Shown here one piece after another: positions 37,247-44,962 of a DNA stretch of 64,000 bases. The number at the start of each line of letters is the position of its first letter. Position 1 is the stretch's first letter. The notes under the pieces are model-generated. The model did no database searches. It worked only from the letters and a program-made list of their open reading frames with translations, and was not told where the DNA came from. The stretch is from a virus. A program made the position numbers and the translations under genes. Where the stretch lies: IMG/VR virus record IMGVR_UViG_3300045988_149624; one strand, given 5' to 3'.

Positions 37247-38167
37247 ATGAATAATGTAAGTATATGCAGTGCTGACATAGGCAATATCACAAGTATCTTC
37301 ATGGGAGATAAAAGTAGTGACATTTTAATAATTGAAAGTAGAATAGAAAAATATTCTACGATTAAAGAACTTGGAGATAATGAAATATTTGAAACAGATG
37401 AAAAATGGATAGTAAATCAAGGAGAATTTAAAAACGAACATTTAAAATTTAAAAAAGATAACTTCTTTAATTTACTTTATTATGGATTGGCTAAAGTAAG
37501 TAAAAATAATAGAATCAAACTTGTATTAGGAATTCCCGCAGGACAATATAATGAATACAGTCAGGAATTAAAAGCATTAATAAAACAAAATAATATGAAA
37601 AAGATAACTCTTGGATCAGGTAAAGATAGAGGAACTAGAACAATTTATATTGAAGATGTGATAATTCGTCCTGAAAGCTATGGAATTAAAAATTTAAAGT
37701 CCGTAAATAAGGCACAAGTAGAAGCAAAAACTCTTATCGTAGATATAGGTGGAGGAACAACAGATATAGCTATATTTAATGAGAAGAATAAATTTATAGA
37801 CGGAGAATCTTTAGACATAGGACTATTAGAGTTATATCATAATGTAAAGAAGTATATCTCTATGAAATATTGTAAGATTAGTCTTGAAGATGCTAAAAAA
37901 GTATTTGACGGAGAAATTAAAATGATTAATATACAAGATTATTCTTTTCTTAAAGAGTTCCAAGATGACTTTATGAATAAATTATTAAATGAATTTAAGG
38001 GGAGTTTCCCAAGTGCTATTTCATGTAATTTAATTCTTGCAGGGGGTGGGGGAGAAATAGGTATCGACTACTTTAAGGAAGAATATCCTCAAACTATTTT
38101 AGTAAATGATATTGGAGTAAATGCAAAAGCCTTTCGTTTAATGGGGTTAAAGAAATGGCAAAAATAA
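37247..38167 (+). CDS. parM: actin-like segregation ATPase (ParM/Alp family)
   Basis: ATG 37247 has GGAGGG 5 nt upstream. Phosphate-1-like motif is CSADIGNITS, phosphate-2 motif is LIVDIGGGTTDIAIF, and the adenosine-type motif is LILAGGGGEIG. Its size and its pairing with a small RHH gene fit a type II partition locus. Confidence 0.75.
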   Translation: MNNVSICSADIGNITSIFMGDKSSDILIIESRIEKYSTIKELGDNEIFETDEKWIVNQGEFKNEHLKFKKDNFFNLLYYGLAKVSKNNRIKLVLGIPAGQYNEYSQELKALIKQNNMKKITLGSGKDRGTRTIYIEDVIIRPESYGIKNLKSVNKAQVEAKTLIVDIGGGTTDIAIFNEKNKFIDGESLDIGLLELYHNVKKYISMKYCKISLEDAKKVFDGEIKMINIQDYSFLKEFQDDFMNKLLNEFKGSFPSAISCNLILAGGGGEIGIDYFKEEYPQTILVNDIGVNAKAFRLMGLKKWQK

Positions 38168-38445
38168 AAGAGATTAGAATTAGATTTTATGAAAATGAAA
38201 TAGCACTATATGACTATGTAATCTCTAAAAGAAGTGCATCAGGGTTTCTTAAAGATTTAGCAGAAGTAGAAAGGAAACGTGAACAAAATTATGTAAACAA
38301 CAATATAAATATAGATATGTTATTGGGGAAAATAGCAGGATTAAATACTTCTAATAGTATACAAAAATCTTCTCAAATAGAAAATGAAGTAGAGAATAAT
38401 TTAGACGATTTTATAGATAATTTTGATGATGAGTTTGATGATTGA
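38155..38445 (+). CDS. parR: ParR-like ribbon-helix-helix adaptor with acidic C-terminus
   Basis: It overlaps the parM end by 13 nt. The N-terminus KEIRIRFYENEIALYDYVISK has a beta-strand-helix pattern. The C-terminal tail DDFIDNFDDEFDD is acidic, as in ParM-interacting adaptors. Confidence 0.55.
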   Translation: MAKIKEIRIRFYENEIALYDYVISKRSASGFLKDLAEVERKREQNYVNNNINIDMLLGKIAGLNTSNSIQKSSQIENEVENNLDDFIDNFDDEFDD

Positions 38446-38470
38446 CAAACTGTTTACAATATTGTATAAT
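38442..38470 (+). promoter_or_regulatory. consensus sigma-A-type promoter with extended -10
   Basis: TTGACA (38442-38447), a 17-nt spacer, then TATAAT (38465-38470) preceded by TG. The -35 box overlaps the parR stop codon. Confidence 0.75.
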
Positions 38471-38577
38471 ATAAATATAGTTCGATATTTTTATATATAT
38501 GACCACCGTAACCCTAATTATAAGCTCAACTTAATAGTCTTATTACGGTGGTTATTTTATTAAAGGAGGAAATACAA

Positions 38578-38859
38578 ATGGAGGAAAGAAATCCTTATGA
38601 ACTCCCTATTGTTCCTCGACAACATCAGATTAAAGTAGAGGAAGCTAGAGAATTAAGGCTTATTGATTTATTTATTGATGAAGGGAATCACGAGAAGCAA
38701 CTAAGTAGAGCAGACCTTATACTTATTTATTCCCTATATGAAGATGGATTAAAGGAATTTTTAGATGATTATTTGGACTATGTAGAGAGAGAAGTAGACA
38801 CAAAGGGATATAAAGTTGTTAATAAACCTCACTTCTATCTCAAATCAACAGTAGGATAA
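38578..38859 (+). CDS. 93-aa acidic hypothetical protein (monocistronic unit)
   Basis: ATG 38578 has AAAGGAGGA 7 nt upstream. The gene sits between a consensus promoter plus long 5' hairpin and a strong terminator. No motif was recognised. Confidence 0.6.
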   Translation: MEERNPYELPIVPRQHQIKVEEARELRLIDLFIDEGNHEKQLSRADLILIYSLYEDGLKEFLDDYLDYVEREVDTKGYKVVNKPHFYLKSTVG

Positions 38860-38890
38860 TCACTCTTAGTAGGGTGATTATTTTTTTTTA
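38857..38890 (+). terminator. rho-independent terminator
   Basis: TAATCACTC-TTAGTA-GGGTGATTA forms a 9-bp stem followed by T9. Confidence 0.8.
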
Positions 38891-38960
38891 TATATTTTTA
38901 ATAAAAAGTGTAATATTTTCCATACTTTTTCATATAATGAAGTAAAAGGAGGGAAAAATA

Positions 38961-39140
38961 ATGAAAGGAAATAAAACAGTTATACCTGTAAGTTTTAAAA
39001 ATAATATGGAGGATAAATTACTATTCTCTTGGTTAGAAGATAAATTCGAAGAATATGGTAATAAAAGTAATTATATAAAATATATTTTAAGAAAACAAAT
39101 GTTATCTGAATCAAATCAATTTACTCAAAAGGTCAAATAA
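38961..39140 (+). CDS. 59-aa ribbon-helix-helix-like protein (below the ORF-track cutoff)
   Basis: AAAAGGAGGG lies 8 nt upstream. MKGNKTVIPVSFKNNMEDKLLFSWLEDKFEEYGNKSNYIKYILRKQM has the beta-strand plus two-helix pattern of CopG/Arc-type proteins. Confidence 0.55.
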   Translation: MKGNKTVIPVSFKNNMEDKLLFSWLEDKFEEYGNKSNYIKYILRKQMLSESNQFTQKVK

Positions 39141-39178
39141 CATTGCAAGTCCAAACCAAAATAAAGCTTCATTCATTT

Positions 39179-39207
39179 TTGTCACCTCGGTTATTCATAA
39201 TTATATT
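39179..39207 (+). promoter_or_regulatory. possible promoter for the membrane-protein/ATPase genes
   Basis: TTGTCA (39179-39184), a 17-nt spacer, then TATATT (39202-39207). Confidence 0.35.
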
Positions 39208-39238
39208 ATTAGTGTTAACTAAAAGGAGGATATTATAC

Positions 39239-39619
39239 ATGAAATCTTATACTTTCAAGGAATATAGACAAATGACAGAGAATAAATGTACAGTTGTAGA
39301 AAAATGCTTAAATGTTTTAAAGAAAAATAAAAAAGAATATAAAAAGATGGTTATACTAATAGCAATACTAATGCACAAAGGATTATTTTGTTATGCAGCT
39401 ACTACGGAAGCAGAAATATCTAATGTAGCAACACAAATCTTAAACCTGCTAATGATATTTGCACGATATGGATGTATGTGTATGGGCATAAAAAGTATTA
39501 TAGAAAATGCATTACAAGGAGCGAACTTCCGTCAAGCTACTAATTCAGGTGTTCAATATTTTTTAATCTATATACTTTTAACATTCTACCCAAAATTATT
39601 CACAATGATTAAATTATAG
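39239..39619 (+). CDS. 126-aa secreted/membrane protein (signal-like segment + two hydrophobic helices; VirB2/TrbC-like topology)
   Basis: ATG 39239 has AAAAGGAGGA upstream. MVILIAILMHKGLFCYAATTEAE looks like a signal peptide with an A-A-T site. Hydrophobic stretches ILNLLMIFARYGCMCMGI and VQYFLIYILLTFYPKLF follow. Confidence 0.55.
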   Translation: MKSYTFKEYRQMTENKCTVVEKCLNVLKKNKKEYKKMVILIAILMHKGLFCYAATTEAEISNVATQILNLLMIFARYGCMCMGIKSIIENALQGANFRQATNSGVQYFLIYILLTFYPKLFTMIKL

Positions 39620-39630
39620 GAGGGTTTATT

Positions 39631-39903
39631 ATGGAAGAGAAAATAGATAAATTAATAGGTGTCATGGATAAACTGACAGATATAGGAGATAATCTTTTAC
39701 ATCCGATAGAATTTCTACAAGAAGCTGGTTATAAACTATTAGTAGCCATACAAGATTATTCATTTAATATATGTCTAGTCGCAGGATTTATTGCTCTTAT
39801 ATTATATGTGTTCGGTTATGACAAAGGAAAACGTTGGGCGTTTGTTATACCTTGCATATATTTAATTTTAAATATTATAGTAGGAGTCCTTACAAATGCT
39901 TAA
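39631..39903 (+). CDS. 90-aa membrane protein (two C-terminal TM helices)
   Basis: RBS TAGGAGGG is present. TM segments are FNICLVAGFIALILYVFGY and WAFVIPCIYLILNIIVGVL. Its stop overlaps the next ATG by 8 nt, suggesting coupling. Confidence 0.6.
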   Translation: MEEKIDKLIGVMDKLTDIGDNLLHPIEFLQEAGYKLLVAIQDYSFNICLVAGFIALILYVFGYDKGKRWAFVIPCIYLILNIIVGVLTNA

Positions 39904-42148
39904 AAGTATACCTATCTCAAAGTATTTTGAGATTAAAAATCAAGAATATATATATTTAAAATTAATCCCAACAAAATCTATCAGAAATAATCGAACATTT
40001 TCAATTCTATATCTTGTGAATAAGATGTTTGTAAACTTAAATAACCTTATACAAATCGAAAATAAAAAAGTTATTCTAAAAACACAATTCAAAGCAAGTT
40101 ATTATATACACATCACAAATGATAAAATTAATTTTTATTTTATCGTACCTAAATTATTCTATTCTAAATTCAAAGTTAAATTCAAAGAAATATGGAAGTC
40201 TGTAGAGATAAAAGAAGTTGATAATATTCCTTTAATAGAAGGCGGATCTAAATATCAACTTGTCTATAAAAATAGAGACTTTTTATCTAGCGATACAGAT
40301 ATGAGAAATAATGATTTATTAAATGCAAATATGAATGTAATTGAATTACTTCAAGATGAAGAAGAGGCAGGGATATTTTATAACTTCATTCCTGTATCAG
40401 AAAAGCAATCAAATTATTTTAGAGCATCTTGTCAAAAGTTTATAAAAGAATACAGAAACACTTCTGTCAAATATACTTCAAATAAAATGATGAATATTGT
40501 TATTAAGATATTAGATTTTACTGTGGATTTTTTTAATTCAACTTTAGACTTAATGTTTGGAGTTAAACAAAATAAATCAGAAAAAGTTGTTAATTTTGAT
40601 TCTTTAAGTAACAATACTTTAAAAAAGGGAATGAGTGATTTATGCAAAACCCAAATCCTAATTTCTACAAAAGGAGAAAATAAGAGAAGAGATAAGATTA
40701 TAGCAGATGCTATTGTTGGTTCTTATGGAGAAATAAAAGATGATAATGAATTTATATGTAGGAGAGTGAAAAAAGAAATGGATATTTTGAAACCTGTGTT
40801 AAGCAATATTAATCAATTAAATACATCTGTACTTGAATGTAGTAATTTTATTGCACTTCCGGGAGAAGAATTAATTCAACAATTCCCTAATATAGAACAT
40901 AATAGTGTATATAATAAAAAATTCCCTAGATGTTTGGCTAATGGTGATATACTTATAGGAACATCTTTAAAGAATGAACCTATCTATTATTCTACAGATA
41001 AAGAATTAAGCCGTCTAGGAAGGATTCTAATGGGTGGTATGGGTTGTGGTAAAACTTACTACATGACAAACCTTGCTAAATCTATAATAGCTAAAGGAGA
41101 TGGATTAGTAGTATTAGATATTATTAGAGATTGTAGTCTGTCAGAAACCATAAAAAGGGTAATTCCTAAAGATAGGCTTATAGAAATTGATTGCAGTAAT
41201 TATAATCAACTACAAGGATTCTGTTTTAATGAATTAACTTGTGATGATAGTGAGGATAAATATAAGAAATTAGCTAAATGTATGGAAAAGGCTACACAAT
41301 TACACATCTTATTAAACACTATTAATGCAGATACTAAATTAACTCCTAGAATGCTAAGATATTTTTATTCTGCTTGTACGGTAGCCTTTTATAAAAATTT
41401 TAATGCCAGTTTTAAAGATATAATAGGTATACTTATGTATCCTAATGCAAGAAGAAAAGCCTTAGAATGGCTTACAGAAGGTCAAAAAAAATTACTTGAA
41501 GATGAAATAAACGATTTAAGTGAGTTAGATAAAGAAAATAAAGATGGGGAAGTGGAAAATTACGATAGCAAGATAGATGGCATAATAGATAGAGTGAGCT
41601 TATTAAAAACTAATTTATATACTAAACTAGCCTTCAATAAGTCAGCAGAAGAGAATATAAATTTTGTGAAAGCATTAGATGAAAATAAAGTTATATTAAT
41701 AAAGGCTAGAGAAGAGGATTTTACTAACAGAAATATAAGAGACTTAATTGCTACATTTTATTTAAGTAAAGTTTGGTTGTCAAAACAAATCAGTTCAAAT
41801 ACTAGAACAGAAATATTCTTTGATGAAATCAATCTATTTCCAACGGCACAGACAATTCTTCAAGATATATTAACTGAATGTAGAAAGTATTCTTTTATAC
41901 CTACGATATCTTTACACTTCTTAAATCAATGTAATAAAAAATGCAAAGACGCAATTTTGAGCAGCGGTTGCAGTTTTATCCTCCTTGCAGGAGCTGATGT
42001 AAAGTGTTTTGAAGAACTAAGGGGATTATTCTATAAAGAAGGGTATACAGAGACGGATATGCTTAATTTGAAGCGATTTCATGCATTGTGTTTAATCAGA
42101 AATGAAGAGAAAGGATATTCGGCATTTATTGTAAAGTTGCCAAAATAA
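39896..42148 (+). CDS. 750-aa P-loop ATPase of the VirB4/VirD4/HerA/FtsK superfamily
   Basis: Walker A is GGMGCGKTYYM, followed by GLVVLDIIRD. Walker B is EIFFDEINLF, about 255 aa downstream. The C-terminus CRKYSFIPTISLHFLNQ...SSGCSFILLAG has the R-K...Q pattern of T4SS/HerA-type ATPases. I could not assign the N-terminal ~370 aa. Confidence 0.6.
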   Translation: MLKSIPISKYFEIKNQEYIYLKLIPTKSIRNNRTFSILYLVNKMFVNLNNLIQIENKKVILKTQFKASYYIHITNDKINFYFIVPKLFYSKFKVKFKEIWKSVEIKEVDNIPLIEGGSKYQLVYKNRDFLSSDTDMRNNDLLNANMNVIELLQDEEEAGIFYNFIPVSEKQSNYFRASCQKFIKEYRNTSVKYTSNKMMNIVIKILDFTVDFFNSTLDLMFGVKQNKSEKVVNFDSLSNNTLKKGMSDLCKTQILISTKGENKRRDKIIADAIVGSYGEIKDDNEFICRRVKKEMDILKPVLSNINQLNTSVLECSNFIALPGEELIQQFPNIEHNSVYNKKFPRCLANGDILIGTSLKNEPIYYSTDKELSRLGRILMGGMGCGKTYYMTNLAKSIIAKGDGLVVLDIIRDCSLSETIKRVIPKDRLIEIDCSNYNQLQGFCFNELTCDDSEDKYKKLAKCMEKATQLHILLNTINADTKLTPRMLRYFYSACTVAFYKNFNASFKDIIGILMYPNARRKALEWLTEGQKKLLEDEINDLSELDKENKDGEVENYDSKIDGIIDRVSLLKTNLYTKLAFNKSAEENINFVKALDENKVILIKAREEDFTNRNIRDLIATFYLSKVWLSKQISSNTRTEIFFDEINLFPTAQTILQDILTECRKYSFIPTISLHFLNQCNKKCKDAILSSGCSFILLAGADVKCFEELRGLFYKEGYTETDMLNLKRFHALCLIRNEEKGYSAFIVKLPK

Positions 42149-42151
42149 CTA

Positions 42152-42180
42152 TTGACAAAATATGTAATTTATTATATCAT
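42152..42180 (+). promoter_or_regulatory. sigma-A-type promoter
   Basis: TTGACA (42152-42157), a 17-nt spacer, then TATCAT (42175-42180), starting 4 nt after the ATPase stop codon. Confidence 0.6.
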
Positions 42181-42186
42181 ATAATT

Positions 42187-42280
42187 GCAATGGACATTTA
42201 TATGTGCCTATATGAATAATTCGTATAGGTTAATTAACCCAAAATAAGAGTTGAAATATCTCCAACTCTTATTTTTTTTT
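42187..42280 (+). ncRNA. candidate ~95-nt small RNA (promoter-to-terminator unit with no credible ORF)
   Basis: It lies downstream of the promoter at 42152. It contains the hairpin CCTATA-N11-TATAGG (42207-42229) and the palindrome GGTTAATTAACC (42228-42239). The terminator AAGAGTTG-N9-CAACTCTT plus T9 spans 42242-42280. The only ORF has 9 codons and no RBS. Confidence 0.35.
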
Positions 42281-42491
42281 ATACATTTTTATGTAATTTT
42301 ATTTATTTTTATATACTTTTAAAAAAGGGGCGTATTTCACCTAAATTGCTATAACCGATATGAACATTCCGCATATATTTCAGTTAGCTATTTTATAGCT
42401 ATTACATATATGCTACATATATCATAGCATATGCAAATTGGTATTAAAAATATTCCAATTTAACAAAGTTTTAATAATTTTAATAATGTTG

Positions 42492-42716
42492 TTAACTGTT
42501 TTGCTTTTCATATTCTAGTATTTTATTGAGTATATCTATCTGCATTTCTTGAGAAATATCTAATCTAATTTTTAACTTCTCTATTTCTTTATTTAAACAT
42601 TCTCTTAATTCACTCGATATACTATAACCTAAAAGATTCTCCATAGCCCTTATTTTGTTTTCTATTGGACTGTGTTTCCTCTCAAATAAACTACTCATTT
42701 CGTTATATAAATTCAT
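42492..42716 (-). CDS. 74-aa hypothetical early protein
   Basis: ATG 42716 has AGGTGA 5 nt upstream. The GTG at 42725 was rejected because it lies inside the RBS. Confidence 0.5.
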   Translation of the reverse strand: MNLYNEMSSLFERKHSPIENKIRAMENLLGYSISSELRECLNKEIEKLKIRLDISQEMQIDILNKILEYEKQNS

Positions 42717-42725
42717 ATTATTCAC

Positions 42726-42923
42726 CTATCCATTATACTGTTGTTCCAGTATTTCTTTTATTTTTAATAATTCATTATATAAATCTTGATTTAATTTCAT
42801 TCTAAATTCCTCTGCATCAGATACAAGAGAGCCAGTAGAAGTAATCAAATGTTCTTCTGCTTTAATTGAACGTAACTCGCTAACTACTAGCTCAATCAAT
42901 ATAAGAAGCTGTTCTTTATTCAT
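42726..42923 (-). CDS. 65-aa hypothetical early protein
   Basis: RBS AGGAGA is present. The protein is helical and charged. Confidence 0.5.
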   Translation of the reverse strand: MNKEQLLILIELVVSELRSIKAEEHLITSTGSLVSDAEEFRMKLNQDLYNELLKIKEILEQQYNG

Positions 42924-42932
42924 ATTATTCTC

Positions 42933-43505
42933 CTATCTAGTACCAGTACTACCAAAGCCGCCTCTGTCTTCATTTTCTAAAGAATCTACTTCTATAAATG
43001 TTGGCATTTTCATAGCATCTACAATTTCAAATTGTGCTATTTTATCACCTTTTCTTATCCAAGTGCCAAATACAGTTTCAGAACATAATTCATCAACAGG
43101 CATTGATTCACTATTTTTAGGGTTAATACATACAAGAGGTGCTAACCATTCATCATTATCTCCACAATATGTATCATCTATAATACCAACGGAATTAGTT
43201 AACATACAACCCCAAGTTTTAAATGTACTACTTCTAGGATATAATTTAGCTATTTTACCTTTGGGTAACTCCATAGCAAATCCTAAATGTACTAATCCCA
43301 TTTCAAATTGAGGTATAAATATATCTTCTCTCGAATAAACATCAATTAAATTTCCTTTTGGGTTTATTTTTAATTTAGTTGCTCCTTCAAAATATTTAAT
43401 CTTTATATCCATACTACCACTCCATTCTATTTTATTCATATATTTTAAAAATTTATTTTTATATTTTGTTATATAATCATAATTTTCAAATTCAAATTTA
43501 CTCAT
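42933..43505 (-). CDS. dut: dUTP diphosphatase (trimeric dUTPase) with ~30-aa N-terminal extension
   Basis: Motifs are LYPRSS, GIIDDTYCGDNDEW and the C-terminal DRGGFGSTG (motif V). The ATG overlaps the upstream stop. Confidence 0.85.
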   Translation of the reverse strand: MSKFEFENYDYITKYKNKFLKYMNKIEWSGSMDIKIKYFEGATKLKINPKGNLIDVYSREDIFIPQFEMGLVHLGFAMELPKGKIAKLYPRSSTFKTWGCMLTNSVGIIDDTYCGDNDEWLAPLVCINPKNSESMPVDELCSETVFGTWIRKGDKIAQFEIVDAMKMPTFIEVDSLENEDRGGFGSTGTR

Positions 43506-43725
43506 ATTTATTCACTCCAACTACTGCATCTGCATACCAATAATATCTACCCATATCTAAATCTATTTTAAACTTTACTATAGGATTAGAACTACACATT
43601 TTTGTTATAGTAGCAGTTTTACCTGCATACTGAAACATACCTTCTGTTAAATCAGTATATCTACCATAATCTAAATTACAGGCTATTCTAATCTTGTCTC
43701 CTACTTTAAGTCTTCTTATTTTCAT
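43498..43725 (-). CDS. 75-aa hypothetical protein
   Basis: ATG 43725 has AAGGGTGA 5 nt upstream. Confidence 0.5.
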   Translation of the reverse strand: MKIRRLKVGDKIRIACNLDYGRYTDLTEGMFQYAGKTATITKMCSSNPIVKFKIDLDMGRYYWYADAVVGVNKYE

Positions 43726-43730
43726 ATTTA

Positions 43731-44153
43731 TCACCCTTTCCTTTCAATATTATCAAACCCTTCAATTATACAAGGTGGTTCAATATTTTCAGATTCATTT
43801 AGTAACCAATGTGAAGATACAAATTTCTTCTTAAAATAAACACAATCAATTTCTACATCTTTTACATCTTCCTTAACATAAGAAATTATATTTTTCCTTC
43901 CTTCTCTAGTAAGATTACGCCCATCATATATAACAGAGCAACCTTTCTTTAAGTTATCAACTATTTCTTGTTTTGCTTTATCTATTATAACACTAGATTT
44001 GCCATCAGTAAGTCTTTTTAAATAACCAAATTCTTTTACTTCTAAAACATCATAAGAAACAATTACCGTATCTTTATTTCCAAATACATATTGTTTAGCA
44101 TAAGTAGTTTTACCAGTGTTCGGTAATCCTACTAACATTATAAATTTATTCAA
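43731..44153 (-). CDS. P-loop kinase (AAA_33 / polynucleotide-kinase-like)
   Basis: Walker A is MLVGLPNTGKTT, followed by IVSYD and VIYDGRNLTREGRKNI. The TTG start at 44153 has GGAGGGG upstream; ATG 44138 is an alternative start. Confidence 0.6.
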   Translation of the reverse strand: MNKFIMLVGLPNTGKTTYAKQYVFGNKDTVIVSYDVLEVKEFGYLKRLTDGKSSVIIDKAKQEIVDNLKKGCSVIYDGRNLTREGRKNIISYVKEDVKDVEIDCVYFKKKFVSSHWLLNESENIEPPCIIEGFDNIERKG

Positions 44154-44154
44154 A

Positions 44155-44394
44155 TTATCCCCTCCTATAGAAATTGCAAGAGACTGAATGAAAACTTCTA
44201 TTTTTACCTTTAGTGCATATCTGCCCTGAAGGCTTAGAGAAATCATAATATTCACAAAATCCACAACATTTAGTATTTATATTCCATTCTTTAGCCTTCA
44301 AGCAGATACCTAAAGCATCTATTATTTCGCAATCATTACACTTTCTTCTCTCACAATATTCTTTAATTTCTGAAAGTGATTGATAAATGCTCAT
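44155..44394 (-). CDS. 79-aa Cys-rich protein
   Basis: Contains EYCERRKCNDCEIIDALGICLKAKEW...CCGFCEYY. It shares the EYC-x4-C-x2-C...C...W pattern with the C-terminus of ORF 60208. Confidence 0.5.
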   Translation of the reverse strand: MSIYQSLSEIKEYCERRKCNDCEIIDALGICLKAKEWNINTKCCGFCEYYDFSKPSGQICTKGKNRSFHSVSCNFYRRG

Positions 44395-44397
44395 ATT

Positions 44398-44556
44398 TTA
44401 ATCCATATCCTCACAATGTTCACAATCATTACAGTTTAAATATCTCCCATGAGTATCAACAAATATATTTTCGTCACATTTATGGAATATGGTTTCTTCA
44501 TCGTAAATATCAAATAGGTCGTCAATCCAACAGTCAAAGTAGTTACACCATTTCAT
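44398..44556 (-). CDS. 52-aa Cys-rich protein (below the ORF-track cutoff)
   Basis: It translates as MKWCNYFDCWIDDLFDIYDEETIFHKCDENIFVDTHGRYLNCNDCEHCEDMD. AAGGGTGA lies 6 nt upstream, and it is the first gene after the promoter at 44586. Confidence 0.5.
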   Translation of the reverse strand: MKWCNYFDCWIDDLFDIYDEETIFHKCDENIFVDTHGRYLNCNDCEHCEDMD

Positions 44557-44585
44557 ATTCATCACCCTTTCCTTATTATATTTAT

Positions 44586-44614
44586 ATTATATCATATTTT
44601 AATATTGTTGTCAA
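44586..44614 (-). promoter_or_regulatory. early promoter module copy (TTGACA-17-TGnTATAAT)
   Basis: On the minus strand: TTGACA (44614-44609), a 17-nt spacer, then TATAAT (44591-44586) preceded by TGA. Confidence 0.75.
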
Positions 44615-44631
44615 GTAATTTTATAAACTTT

Positions 44632-44904
44632 TTATCTCCTTCTTTCATACTTACGCTGAACATTAACTCCATCTATGAGTGCCCATTGATATATTCTTGC
44701 TAAATATATTTCTTTATATTCATTTAGGTCAATATTATTTTTTTCTATATATTTATCTATTACTTCTTTTTGCTCTGAAATTTTCTTTTCATTTTCTTTC
44801 ATCTTTTTCTTCCTGCCTTGAATACAAAACATCAAACCGTCAGATAATAATTGACATAAATCATCAAGCATAGATGTTATTTCTCCGTAATGTTCCGTTT
44901 TCAT
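44632..44904 (-). CDS. 90-aa hypothetical early protein
   Basis: RBS AAAGGAG is present. It is the first gene after the promoter at 44929. Confidence 0.55.
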   Translation of the reverse strand: MKTEHYGEITSMLDDLCQLLSDGLMFCIQGRKKKMKENEKKISEQKEVIDKYIEKNNIDLNEYKEIYLARIYQWALIDGVNVQRKYERRR

Positions 44905-44928
44905 ATTATTACTCCTTTCTATATTTAT

Positions 44929-44957
44929 ATTATATCATATTTTATTAATGTTGTCAA
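44929..44957 (-). promoter_or_regulatory. early promoter module copy
   Basis: TTGACA (44957-44952), a 17-nt spacer, then TATAAT (44934-44929) with TGA upstream. Confidence 0.75.
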
Positions 44958-44962
44958 CCTTA

